A stretch of DNA of 64,000 nt, taken from NCBI RefSeq assembly GCF_044704955.1, contig NC_091991.1, positions 50,530,001 to 50,594,000 on the forward strand, read 5' to 3'. The number at the start of each line of letters is the position of its first letter. Position 1 is the stretch's first letter. This DNA is from Pristiophorus japonicus. Its lineage: Eukaryota. The position numbers and the translations under genes were made by a program. The notes under the pieces are model-generated. The model was not told the DNA's origin, did not search any database, and saw only the letters and a list, made by a program, of their open reading frames with translations. Below are positions 1 through 12,600 of the stretch, piece by piece.

Positions 1-19
1 TCCCCCCCCCCCCCACTGC

Positions 20-132
20 ATGTGTGTCTCTCTCTCTCTCCTTCCCGTATCTCTCTCTCTCTCTCTCTCCCCCCCACTCCCATGTCTGTCTCTCTTTCTC
101 CCCCCAACCGCCACCTCTCTCTTCCACTACCT
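20..132. repeat. (CT)n / pyrimidine-rich low-complexity tract
   Basis: Runs of ctctctct and poly-C are directly visible. Confidence 0.85.
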
Positions 133-1080
133 CCGATGTTTTCTCTCCCACAGAAGGCCACGGAACTGTTCCAAATAATGCAAAGGCTGGAAGCAAATCC
201 AGCTCCAGGCTTCAGCGGCAGAAATTGTTTAAGCAGTGGACTCCATGAGGACCCGTCGGAAGATTGGGGCTCCACTTCCGGTTCCGGGTTCAAGGAGTCT
301 GCGCATGCGCGAGAGGCATTGGGGGCAGAGTCCAGAGGATGCAGGCACAGAAAAAACACAGTGCAAATAGTCACAGTGGTGAGTATTACATCGCACTCCC
401 AACTTAAGCCTTGTAGATGTTGGAGCAAATGGTGTCCACCGGTATGCTAGCGGCCTTCCACGAGAGGTGGGCACCAGAGGGACTGGAGTGCATCATCACC
501 CCCGGCAATCAAATTTTAATTTGATCCAACAATGTAAAAAGTTTAATTGGTTTAATTTGTTGGTTTTAATGTCCCTTTTAAGGGGGGAAGCACTTGATTT
601 ATAGTTTTCACTATAAAATAGTTGTAGATGTTGGAGAGGCATTGAGAGGTCAGGAGGTAAGCCACTTGTCACAGTGCACCGAGCCCTTAAAAAAAAAAGA
701 AAGGCACTTAAGTAGCACGTTTCACGATTTCAGGACTTTCCAAATCATTTACAATCAATGAAGTACTTTTGAAGTGTCATCACTATTGTAATAAATGAAA
801 TATGGCAGACAATTTGCACACAACAAGGTTCCACAAACAGCAATTAAATAAATGACCAGATTGCTTTCATCATTACGATGCTTGCGTGGGTACTGTGGAG
901 GTCACTGATGAAGGTGTCTCTGCCTTCTTGGGAACCACTACTCGATTGCCCCACAGAAGGCAGTCTGCCTATATCGACATTTCATCTTTGCGTCGCTGGA
1001 ACGGCTTTATCTCTTCCTGCATTTCCACTGGGACACTGGATCAGCTCCCGTGAAGCACACAGTTTTTGACTCGGGACAAT

Positions 1081-3309
1081 GGGCCCAAGTTTCCACACGC
1101 GCCTAGAACGGCGCAGTCCCGACCTGGACGCCCGTTTTTCGCGCCACAAAGTGTGCCTAAAAAAATCCTCGGTATTCTCCACCTCCCTGCAGGTCCTCTG
1201 GTCCTCAGCGCAGCGCAGCACAAGCTGTGGGGGGGCGGAGCCAGGTTCCTGCACTGAAAACAGTGCCGGGACCTCTGCACATGCGCGCTACAGTGGGCAC
1301 ACAAGTGCAGTAGCTCCAGGCGCCGAACTGTGTGAGAGGGGCCCCGAAGCACGCAGCCCCTAGCCCTGGCTGAATGGCCTCACTGGGGCTTCGTGAATAA
1401 GGCTCCTCCCACGGCCAGCTGCTGCTTTCCCCCCCCCCCCCCGCCCAGACCCGACACCCGCTCCCCCCTGCCTCCGGACCAGACCCGACACCCGCTCCCC
1501 CCCAGCCTCCGGACCAGACCCGACACCTGCTCCCCCCCTCCCCCCAACTGACCCGCGCTCCTGTTCCCGCTCCCCGCCTCACTGACTGGACCCGACCCGC
1601 ACTCCTGTTCCCGCTCCGCCCCCCCCCCCCCACCCGACTCGACCCGACCCGACTCGACCCGACCTGAGCTCCTGTTCCCGCTCCCCACCTCCCCGACTGG
1701 ACCCGACCCGACCCGACCCGACCCGCGCTCCTGTACCCGCTCCCCGCCCCCCCGACTGGACCCGACCCGACCCGCGCTCCTGTTCCCGCTCCCCACCTCC
1801 CCGACTGGACCCGACCCGACCCGACCCGACCCGCGCTCCTGTTCCCGCTCCCCACCTCCCCGACTGGACCCGACCCGACTCGACCCGACCCGCGCTCCTG
1901 TACCCGCTCCCCGCCCCCCCGACTGGACCCGACCCGACCCGCGCTCCTGTTCCCGCTCCCCACCTCCCCGACTGGACCCGACCCGACTCGACCCGACCCG
2001 CGCTCCTGTACCCGCTCCCCGCCCCCCCGACTGGACCCGACCCCACCCGCGCTCCTGTTCCCGCTCCCCACCTCCCCGACTGGACCCGACCCGACCCGAC
2101 CCGCGCTCCTGTACCCGCTCCCCGCCCCCCCGACTGGACCCGACCCGACCCGCGCTCCTGTACCCGCTCCCCACCTCCCCGACTGGACCCGACCCGACCC
2201 GCGCTCCTGTACCCGCTCCCCGCCCCCCCGACTGGACCCAACCCGACGCGCGCTCTCGCCCCCCGACCCGACCCCCCCCCCCCCACTGGACCCGACCCGA
2301 CCCAACTCCCGGAATGGATCCGACCTGACCTCCCCCCCCCTCNNNNNNNNNNNNNNNNNNNNNNNNNNNNNNNNNNNNNNNNNNNNNNNNNNNNNNNNNN
2401 NNNNNNNNNNNNNNNNNNNNNNNNNNNNNNNNNNNNNNNNNNNNNNNNNNNNNNNNNNNNNNNNNNNNNNNNNNNNNNNNNNNNNNNNNNNNNNNNNNNN
2501 NNNNNNNNNNNNNNNNNNNNNNNNNNNNNNNNNNNNNNNNNNNNNNNNNNNNNNNNNNNNNNNNNNNNNNNNNNNNNNNNNNNNNNNNNNNNNNNNNNNN
2601 NNNNNNNNNNNNNNNNNNNNNNNNNNNNNNNNNNNNNNNNNNNNNNNNNNNNNNNNNNNNNNNNNNNNNNNNNNNNNNNNNNNNNNNNNNNGACCCGACC
2701 CGAACCGAACCGAACCTCCCCGACCCGACCCAACCCAACGCCACCTACCTGTAAATCTGGTGCTGGGGATGGGCCCTGCCCGAGGTCTCGGGCCCGGCCC
2801 GTTCAGCCTTCGGTCCTGAAAGGCCTGCCTGAAGCATTTTCACACAGGTAGGAAGATGGTTTATTTAATCTTTTCTTTGCATATAAATGTTTATTCAGGT
2901 TGGATTTATTTGTATAATATTTGTATAAGTATAAATAAGGATTTATTATAGAATTTAATGACTTCCCTTCCCCCCACCCGCCCCCCCCCCACCTCGTTCT
3001 GGACGCCTAATTTGTAACCTGCGCCTGATTTTTTAATGTGTAGAACAGGTTTTTTCAGTTCTACAAAAATCTTCACTTGCTCCATTCTACTTTAGTTTGG
3101 AGTACGTTTTCACTGTGGAAACTTTCAAATCAGGCGTCAGTGGCCGGACACGCCCCCTTTTGAAGAAAAAATTCTGTTCCAAAGTAGAACTGTTCTACCT
3201 GACTAGAACTGCAGAAAAAAAAATGTGGAGAATTGCGATTTCTAAGATAGTCCGTTCTCCACCAGTTGCTCCTAAAAATCAGGCGCAAATTATGTGGAAA
3301 CTTGGGCCC
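1081..3309. mobile_element. Non-autonomous TIR DNA transposon (PIF/Harbinger-like MITE) inserted in Gypsy A pol
   Basis: Perfect 17-bp TIRs: GGGCCCAAGTTTCCACA (1081-1097) and TGTGGAAACTTGGGCCC (3293-3309), with AT on both flanks. The Gypsy coding sequence (SQDP...LSRVKNC) is split across it. The superfamily is inferred from the GGGCCC ends. Confidence 0.85.
1445..2740. repeat. GC-rich minisatellite (CCCGA pentamers within roughly 50-60 bp units) inside the MITE, spanning an assembly gap (N at 2343-2691)
   Basis: Repeated units gactggacccgacccgacccgcgctcctgt[at]cccgctcccc; 349 Ns. Confidence 0.95.
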
Positions 3310-6085
3310 ATAAAGGGGTCCTGGCTCATCCAGGTTTTGATCTGCCGGGCAGTGACTAGTGATTGTTCACTCTCAAATGTTTCCATAACCATGGCTAAAT
3401 CTGCGGGCTGCGCCATTTCCACCCCCATGGTGGGCAATGGCAGCCTACTGAGAGCATCAGCGCAGTTTTCTGTGCCTGTCCTGTGGCGGATGGCGTAGTT
3501 GTATGCAAACAATGTGAGGGCCCATCTCTGGATGTGGGCCGATGCATTGGTATTTATCTCTTTACTCTCGGAAAACAGGGATATGAGTGGCTTATGGTCA
3601 GTTTCCAATTAGAATTTTAGCCCAAACAGATGTTGATGCATTTTCTTTATCCCACAGACACACGCTAACGCTTTGTTTTCAATCATGCTGTCGGCTCTCT
3701 CAGCCTTAGACAGACTCCTGGATGCGTAAGCAACCAGTTGCAATTTCCCCAAATCATTCGCTTGTTGCAATACACACCCGACGCCATATGATGACGCATC
3801 ACATGCTAGTACCAAACACTTACATGGATCATACAACATAAGCAATTTGTTTGAGCATAACAATTTTCTTGGCTTTTGCCCCATGCCCATTCATCCCCTT
3901 TATGCAATAAGACATGAGTGGTTCTAACAGTGTGCTGAGACCTGGTAAGATGTTACCAGAGTACTTCAGGAGTCCTAGAAACGACCGCAGCTCTGTCACG
4001 TTCTGTGACCTCGGTGCGTTCTCGATTGCCTCTGTCTTTGAGTTGGTGGACCTGATGCTGTCCGCTGCTATCCTCCTTCTCAAGAACGCCACTTCAGGTG
4101 CCAGGATAACGCACTTCGAGCGTTTTAACCTGAGCCCCACGTGGTTGAGTCGACTAAGAACCTCCTCCAGGTTCTACAGATGCTCGACTGTGTCCCGACC
4201 TGTGACCAAGATATTGTCCTGGAAGACCACGGTGCGCGAGACTGACTTCAGTAAGCTTTCCATGTTTCTCTGGAATATTGCTGCCACTGATCAAATTCCA
4301 AACGGGCATCTGTTATAAATAAAAAGATCTTTGTGCATGTTGATGCATGTGAGGCCCTTCGATGATTCCTCCAGTTCCTGTGTCATGTAGGCTGAAGTCA
4401 AATCCAGGTTCGTGAACATCTTTCCTCCTGCCAGCATTGCAAAGAGGTCGTCGGTCTTTGGTAGTGGATATTGGTCCTGCAGGGAGAAACGATTGATAAT
4501 TACTTTGTAATCGCCACAGATTCTGACGGTGTTGTCTCCTTTGAGGACTGGGACAATAGGACTGGCCCACTCGTTGAACTCGATGGGTGAAATTATGCCC
4601 TCTCTTTGCAGCCAGTCTAGCTCGATCTCTATCCTTTCTCTCATCATGTACGGTACTGCTCTCGCCTTGTGATGGATGGGTCGCGCCCCTGGAATTAGGT
4701 GGATCTGCACTTTTGCTCCTTGGTATTTCCCGATGCCTGGTTCGAACAGCAAAAGGAATTTATTTAAGACCTGGGCACACAAAGTGTCATCAGCAGGCGA
4801 TAGCTCTCAGATGTCATCCCAGTTCCAGCGTATCTTTCCCAGCCAGCTCCTGCCAAGCAGTGTGGGACCATCGCCCGGTACCACCCAGAGTGGTAGTTTG
4901 TGCACCGCTCCATCGTAGGAGACCTTTACGGTAGCACTGCTGATTACGGGAATCAGTTCTTTTGTGTAAGTTCTTAGTTTCTTGTGAACTGGATTTAAGA
5001 CTGTCCTTTGAGGCCTTGTTGCACCACAATCTTTCGAATGTCTTTTTGCCCATGATGGACTGGCTCACGCCTGTGTCCAGCTCCATTGACACTGGGAGTC
5101 CATTTAGTTCAACATTCAGCATTATCGGAGGACACTTTGTGGTGAATGTGTGCACCCCATGTACCTCTGCCTCCTCGGTCTGAGGCTCTGGTTCATTGTG
5201 ATCCTCCGTGGATCTATCCTCCTCTGCAACATGGTGGTTTGCAGGACTAACAGGATTTGCAGCTCGCCTGTACATACATTGGAGTTGTCCCATTGTTCCA
5301 CAGCCCTTGCAAACATACCCTTTGAATCGGCATGAATGGAAATGATGATCACCCCCGCAGCGCCAACAAGGTGTTAATGGCCTTGCATTCATCACCCTTG
5401 ATGGTGTACTCTGAGACATCTGTGGATGTGCAGCTGCAGGCATGTGTGACCTGCCCTGTATGTTGTGAGTCGAAAACAACATCACTTTGTTCACAGTACT
5501 TGTAGTAGCACTTCTGTGCTGAGAGATTTGCTTCGTATTGTCACTGGTGGCAATGAATGCCTGGGCTATCGCTATAGCCTTACTCAAGATTATGGTCTCT
5601 ACAGTCAAAAGTTTGCGAAGTATGGTTTCGTGGCCAATGCCAAGTACAAATAAGTCTCTGAGCATGTGCTCCAAATGTCCTTCAAATTCGCAATATTCTG
5701 CAAGGCGTCTTAGCTCGGCGACATAACTCACCACTTCCTGGCTTTCAGATCTTTTGTAGGTGTAGAACCGGTAACTCACCATCAGAACACTTTCCCTCAG
5801 TTTCAAATGCTCCCGGACCAGTGTACACAAATTATCGTATGATTTCTCCGTGGGTTTCGCTGGAATCAGCAGATTTTTCATGAGGCCATACGTTGGTGCC
5901 CCACAGATTGTGAAGAGAATCGCCCTTCGTTTGGCAGCATTCTCTTCTCCATCCAGCTCGTTGGCTACGAAGTATTGGTCGAGTCGCTCCACAAAGGTTT
6001 CCCAATCATTTCCCTCTGAGAAGTTCTCCAGGATGTCCACTGTTCTCTGCATCTTTGGGTTTGTTATCTGTATCTTGTCGCCCGT

Positions 6086-6295
6086 TGTTATGTAGAGAAA
6101 GAGTCAGACTGAACACTGTGAGCTCAAAGTAAAGTGTGACCTTGGTCTTTTATTGCAGGTCTCCAGAGTGCCTCTCCAACCTATGAGGCCTCCTTAAATA
6201 CCTGTGCTCCCAAGGGATTATGGGATCCCTTGGGACTCCATGGGATGAGCCCGCTGGTGGCTGAAAAGAGTATATACAAGCTTACATATATAACA
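6086..6295 (-). repeat. 5' LTR of Gypsy A (210 bp)
   Basis: TGTTA...TAACA inverted termini, with a degenerate PBS (GGGCGACAAGA on -) directly before the gag ATG at 6052. Confidence 0.8.
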
Positions 6296-9200
6296 GACAC
6301 AACCACAGACTTGGTGGCGATTCCGCTGGTGCTTTACTAAGCTGCATGCAAGCGTTGCATTGATGCACACATGATTCCAGATCAGTCAATTCCAGGCCAC
6401 CATACATGAGACCTGGTAATGGCTTTCATCATGACAATACCAGGATGCATGCTATGTAGATCATGCACAAATTTCTCTCTGCCTTTCTTGGGTATAACAA
6501 CACGATTACCCCAAAGTATACAATCTGATTGAATGGATGGTTCGTCATTGCGACGGATGTAAGGTTTGGTCTCCTCACACATTTGCTTGAGTATGGCAGA
6601 CCAACCACCACTAAGGACACAATGTTTCACAACCAATAATATCGGGTCCTGGCTGGTCCAGGTCTTAACTTGTTGAGCCGTGACAGGGGTTCCTTCACTT
6701 TCAAAAGCATCCATGACTAACAGTAGGTCTGCCGGTTGTGGCGTTTCCACCTCCGGTGTGGGCAATGGCAGATGGCTCAATGCATCGGCACAATTCTCAG
6801 TGCCAGGTCTATGGCGAATGACATAATCATAGGCAGATAATGTCAGCGCCCACTTCTGGATGCGGGACGACGCATTGGTATAGATACCTATGTTTTCCGA
6901 AAACAATGAAATGAGTGGCTTGTGATCTGTTTCCAGTTCAAACCGAAGACCAAACAGGTACTGATGCATCTTTTTAACCCCATACACACAGACTAGTGCT
7001 TCTTTCTTGATCATACTGTAGGCTCTTTCCGCCTTTGACAAACTTTTTGAAACATACGCAACAGGTTGTAATTTGCCCGACTCATTAGCTTGTTGGAGCA
7101 TGCAATCCTTTTGGCTAAGATCATGCGTAACTGACCTGACAGGGGAGTAACCATGACCAGAAAGTGGTTCTCCCTGGATCAGGAAGGTGGTTCTCCTATG
7201 CTTTTTGGAAATAGGAGGTGGGTGGGGGGCTTGACCCATCCCCTCCATGGCACGAACCTGGTATTGCAGTACTTCCAGGAACGGTGCTTGGGCTCTAGGC
7301 CTTTTGGCTAAGAGCATTGGCGCAGAGTGATCCTTGACAGGTGCAAGGTGACCTCTGGCGTTTGTGATCTGACAAAGAATTGGAACGATTGGCAATGAAT
7401 AAATAAAAAAATAAAAAAAATTAGCTTGTTGGAGCACGCAACCAACTCCATATGACGAAGCATCACAACTAGACGTTTACTCGGATCATAATGTACCGGC
7501 AGCTTGTTAGAGCAAAGCAGATTAGTAGCTTTCTCAAAAGGTCTATCTTGAGATGCACCCCAAACCCAGTTGTCGCCTTTTCTTAGCAGCATGTGCAGTG
7601 GCTCTAATAAGGTGCTCAATCTAGGTAAGAAATTACTGAAGTAGTTGAGTAGACCAAGGAACGAACGCAGCTCCATCACATTCTGAGACTTGGGTGGCCT
7701 TGGTTTTTGAGTCCGTGGGCCTGATACCATCAGCAGCAATTTTCCTCCCCAGGAATTTGACTTCCAGTGCCATGAAGACGCACTTCGAGCATTTCAGTCT
7801 GAGTCCCACTTTGTCCAGATGATGTAGAACCGCTTCCAGGTTGTTCAGATGTTCGACGGAGTCATGACCTGTGACCAGTATGTTATCTTGGAACACGACG
7901 GTTCTGGGGACAGACTTCAGTAGACTCTCCATGTTCCTCTGAAATATGGCTGCAGCCGAGCGAATTCCAAAAGGGCACCTGTTATAGATAAACAGTCTTT
8001 TATGAGTGTTGATGCACGTAAGTTTTTTCGACGTATCGACCAGCTCCTGTGTCATGTAGGCCGACGTCAGATCCAGTTTGGTGAACAACTTACCGCCCCC
8101 CCCCCCCCCGCCCCACCGGCCAGCGTTGCAAACAGGTCATCAGCCTTCGGTAACAGGTATTGATCCTGTTTCAAAACTTGGTTGATCGTAACCTTGTAGT
8201 TTCCACAAATCCTGACAGTGCCATCACTTTTCAATACTGGAACAATGGGGCTGGCCCATTCGTTAAATTCAACCGGTGATATGATCCCTTCACGCTGGAG
8301 TCTCTCCAGTTCGATTTCAATCTTCTCCCTCATCAGGTACGAAACTGCTCGAGCTTTATGATGGACGGGTCTTGCATCCGAGTCCACGCGGATCTGCACC
8401 TTGGCTCCCGTGAAGTTGCCGATGCCTGGTTCAAACAGCAAGGGTACTTGCTCTGAACCTGAGCACATGGAATATCCTCCGACGACGATGCTTTAATCTC
8501 GTTCCAGTTCCATTTGATTTTTTCTAACCAGTTCCTGCCAAACAGCATTGGACCATTGCCTGGAACAATCCATAATGGTAAATCGTGAACCGCACCATCA
8601 TACGACACCTTGATTAGTGCACTGCCAATCATCGTTATGAGTTCTTTAGTGTACGTACGCAACTTGGCATTGACTGGACTCAGCTTAGGCCTCACATCCT
8701 TAGTATCTCACAGCCTGTCGAATGTCCTCTGGCTCATCATTGATTGACTTGCACCCGTGTCCAATTCCATCGATACTGGCACACCATTAAGTTTTACATT
8801 AATCATTATCGGTTGGCTCTTTGTTAGAAATGAATACAGTCTATACACTTCCTCCTCTGGTATCTCGGATTGTATATCTGGATTCGCGCTAGACTAGTCA
8901 TCATCCTTCACATTGTGTGTCGCAGCACGCTTGCTCACTTGCGGACTCATGCACTGGAGATGCCCCATTCTCGAACAGCCTTTACAAATATACTGTTTAA
9001 ACCAACACTGATGATGCCGATGATTTCCCCCACAACGCCAACACGGTGATATCGGATTAATTCCCGTTGGCAGAGTTTGAGCAGCCACAGGCTTCGCGTA
9101 TGCAGTCGGGTAGGTCCTGCCATATGCAGCTCTGCCAAACGATGATACTATTTTCTTTACAGTACTTGCCGAGTTCTGATTTTTCAATGATAATCTGCTT

Positions 9201-9944
9201 TAAGCTTTTGTCCGTCGTCATGCATGATTGGGCAATCGTGATGGCCTTGCTCAAATCCAGCATCTCCACCGCCAGTAGCTTACATATATCACCTCGTGGT
9301 TGATGCCGATTACAAAGAAGTCCCACAGCATGTCTGCCAGCATAGTTTCGGACTTACACGGTCCAGCTAGACGTCATGGGTTGGCAATGAATTCTGATAC
9401 CTCCTGGCCCTCAGAACGAACGTGCATATAGAATCGATATCTTGAGATGATGATGCCTTCATCTGGTTTAAGATGGTCACGTACCAGAGCACACAATGTT
9501 TCATAGTCCTTGTCCGTTGGACTTAAAGGAGAGAAGAGATTCTTTGAGTCCATAGATTTTAGGACCGCAAACAGTGAGGAGGACTGCCCGGCGCCGAACT
9601 GCGTCTGCCTCTTTCTCCATTTTGTTGGCCACGAAGTACTGGTCCAAGCGGGCTGCAAAGTCTGCCCAATCTTCTCTCTCCAGAATTCCAATTGTGCTAA
9701 TTTTTGCATGCGAAGGTTCTTGTTACCTCGTTGCTAAATGTTGTGTATGCAATAACTCAATAGACTGAATACTGCAAACTCCGAACAGGTACAAACCTGG
9801 CTGTACTTTATTAGGGCCCAAAGTGATTACATTACAAGATGGCTGGCCTTTTATACCTGGGCCGCACACGTGTGCACACAGCCCAATGACCTCTGACAGT
9901 GGTGCCACCTGGTGGCTAGTAAACCCAAGCATACATACATGACA
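6296..9944 (-). mobile_element. Gypsy LTR retrotransposon B, decayed and cut in integrase where the Gypsy A LTR begins
   Basis: Gag (RDHLKP, CWRCGGNH), RT (LDLTSAY, VVFQDNILV), RNase H and integrase zinc finger (LHSMHPGIVMMKA..HVWWPGID). 5' LTR at 9739-9944 (TGT...ACA) with a degenerate PBS. Confidence 0.92.
7106..7419 (+). mobile_element. U2/U1 snRNA-derived chimeric poly(A) retroposon (SINEU-like) inserted in Gypsy B RNase H
   Basis: 22-bp TSD ATTAGCTTGTTGGAGCA[T/C]GCAA at 7084-7105 and 7420-7441. U2 5' piece 7107-7123, U1 5' pieces 7128-7174 and 7177-7196, U2 3' half 7200-7287, second U2 5' piece 7293-7316, then AATAAA and an A-rich tail at 7398-7420. Confidence 0.88.
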
Positions 9945-12600
9945 GAAGTCTTGCTACAACTGTACAGAGCCTTGGTGAGATCACACCTGGAGTACTGTGC
10001 ACAGTTTTGTTCTCTTTTTCTAAGGAAGAATATACCTGCCTTAGAAGCGGTACAATGAAGGTTCATTAGATTGATTCCTGGGATGAGAGGGTTGTCTTAT
10101 CTTGTATTGCTCTCCACCCACATCCCTCTTCCCCAATCCAACCCTACTTTCTTCTGCATCCACCTCTGGAAAAAACTCTCTCCAAACTCTCTTACAACAG
10201 CACTTATCCACTCCAAACTGTCCAACCTTTGGCCCTCTTTTCACCATGATATTTCTGCAGCCACCAATATGCTCAACCACACCCTCACCACCATCTTTGA
10301 AGCCCTAGTCCCTATTAAAACCATTACTCTCTCTCTCCCTGGCCAGTCCCCCTGGTATAGCCCTTATCTTCGTTCGCTCAAGACTTGAACGGATGTGGCG
10401 GACAACTGCTTTAGCCATTCACGGCTAGATCTGGCTCGACCACATAAAGCATTATCGGATCCTACTCTTGTCTACAAAAACTGCTCACTATTCCAGGATC
10501 ATTCTGGAATGCAAAGATAACCCCCCCGGCTACTATTCTCTACTGCTAACCGTCTTCTTAAACCCCTCTCTCCTATCTCCACCACACTCACCTCCAACAA
10601 GAAGTTTGAGGAGCTCATGGACTTCTTTGTCTCAAAGATTATGACCATCTGATCAGCTGCCTCTGCGAGTTCCCTTCTTTCCCCTAGCCCACCGGGCCAA
10701 ACTTCCTCTGAGGCTCCTCCCTGCCCGAGCCCTAAACTTGCATCTTTCTCCAGTTTCTCTCTGATCTCCCCTGACTTCACCATGCTCATCTTATCTGTGA
10801 GACCCATTTCCTGCTCTCTTGACCCTATTCCCACTAAACTGCTGACCACCCAACTTCCTTTTCTGGCTCCCATGTTAGCCGACATTGTTAACGGTTCTCT
10901 CTCCAAAGATACTGTTTCTCTCTCTTTCAAATCTGCTGTCATCACCCCTCTCCTCAAAACACCAACCCTTGACCCCACTGTGCTTGTTAGCTACCGCCCC
11001 ATCTCTAACCTCTCTTTCCTCTCCAAAATCTGTGAACGTGTTGTCGCTCCTCAAATCCGTGACCATCTATCCCAGAACTCCATGTTTGAATCCCTCCAAT
11101 CTGGTTTCTGCCCCTGCCACAGTATTGAAATGGTTCTCATCAAAGTCACAAATGACATCCTTTGTGACTGTGACAAAGGTAAAATATCAATCCTCGTCCT
11201 CCTGGACCTGTGTGCAGCCTTTGACACAGTTGGCCACTCCATCCTCCTCCAATGCCTCTCCACCATCGTCCAGCTGGGTGGGACTGCACTCGCCTGGTTC
11301 CATTCTTATCTATCTAATCATAGCCAGAAAATCTCCTGCAATGGCTTCTCTTCCCACTCCCGCATCATTACCTGTGGTGTCCCCCAAGGATCTATCCTTG
11401 GCCCCCTCCTATTTCTCATCTATATGCTGGCCCTTGGCGATATCATCCGAAAACATGGAGTCAATTTCCACTCATACACTGACGACACCCAGCGCTACCT
11501 CTCCACCACTTTTCTCAACACCTCCACGGTCTCTAAATTGTCAGACTGCTTGTCCGACATCCAGTACTGGATGAGCAGAAATTTTCTCCAATTAAATATT
11601 GTCTGCATTCCCTAACCACTGACTCCATTCCTCTTCCTAGCATCTATCTGAGGCTAAACCTGACAGTTCGCAACCTAGGCATCATATTTGACCCTGAAAT
11701 TAGGTTCTGGCCACATATCCGTGGCATAACTAAAACCGCCTATTTCTACCTCCGTAAGATTGCTTGCCTCAGCTCTTCTGCTGCTGAAACCCTCATCCAT
11801 GCCTTTGTTACCTGTAGACTTGACTACTCCAGCACACTCCTGGCTGGCCTCCCACAATCTACACTATGTAAACTTGAGGTCATCTAAAACTTGGCAGCCC
11901 ATGTTCTAACTCGTACCAAGTCCCGATCACCCATCACCCTTGTACTCGCTGACCTATATTGGCTCCCAGTTAAGCAACGTCTCAATTTCAAAATTCTCAT
12001 CCTTGTTTGCAAATCCCTGCTTGACCTCGCCCCTCCCTAACTCTCGAATCTCTTTGAGCCTCACAACTCCATGAGATGTCTGCACTCCTCAAATTCTGTC
12101 CTCTTGAACATCGGTGACTGAGCCTTCAGGTGTTTGGGACGTCCCTAAACTTCTTTGCCTCTCTTCCCTCCTTTAAGACACTCCCTAAAATGTACCTCTT
12201 TAACCAAGCTTTTGGTTATCTGCCATAATTTCTTCTTATTTGGCTCGGTGTCAAATTTATCTGTTATAACGCTTCAGTGAAGCGCCTTGGAACGTTTTAC
12301 TATATTAAAGACACTATATAAATAAAAGTTGTTGTTGAGAGATTGTGTTGAATCCGCTTATAATCTCTGGAGTTTAGAAGAATGCGATGATGATCCCTCG
12401 TTGCCTGAAGGTATTAAAGAATCAGCCACATGAAATGGGACTGGAGTCACATATACACCACATCAGAGGTGATCTTACTGAAACATACAAAGTTCTGAAG
12501 GGGATTGACAGGGTAGATGCTGAGAAGTTGTTTCTCCTTTGGAGTGTCTAGAACTAGGGGGCACAGTCTCAGGATACAAGGTAGGCCATTAAAGATAAAG
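9945..12600 (+). mobile_element. Old CR1 LINE 3' fragment split by an L2 insertion (10099-12337) and a 78-bp insertion (12388-12465)
   Basis: EVLLQLYRALVRSHLEYC-like coding sequence at 9945-10098 resumes at 12338 (..SLEFRRM..GDLTETYKVLKGIDRVD). Confidence 0.8.
10099..12337 (+). mobile_element. L2-clade LINE, 5'-truncated and decayed
   Basis: RT ORF 10782-11615 (YRPISNL, LLDLCAAFDTV, GVPQGSILGPLLF, YTDDTQ); 3' tail AATAAAAGTTGTTGTTG. Confidence 0.9.

Larger units (their letters stand above)
862..6295 (-). mobile_element. Gypsy/Ty3 LTR retrotransposon A, decayed and 3'-truncated in integrase, interrupted by a MITE at 1081-3309
   Basis: Gag with CCHC knuckle (CWRCGGDH) and protease (LDTG) at 4814-6052; RT fragments (WASPIVPV, LDLTSAY, RCPFGI); RNase H (CDASSYGVG, ETDHKPL). 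The pol frame resumes left of the MITE (LSRVKNCVLHGS). Multiple stops and frameshifts. Confidence 0.93.

Noticed and set aside
1205-2744. Long Gly/Arg/Ser-rich ORFs (366-454 aa)
   Set aside because: They are translations of a stop-free GC minisatellite and an N gap, open in all three frames.
7106-7419. Functional U1 or U2 snRNA gene
   Set aside because: The pieces are fragmentary and permuted, the U1 5' end is altered, the U2 branch-pairing region is absent, and the insert has a poly(A) tail and TSD inside a Gypsy element.
12387-12481. C/D-box snoRNA (ATGATGA ... CTGA)
   Set aside because: The terminal CTGA belongs to the flanking CR1 sequence, and there is no terminal stem or host-gene context.
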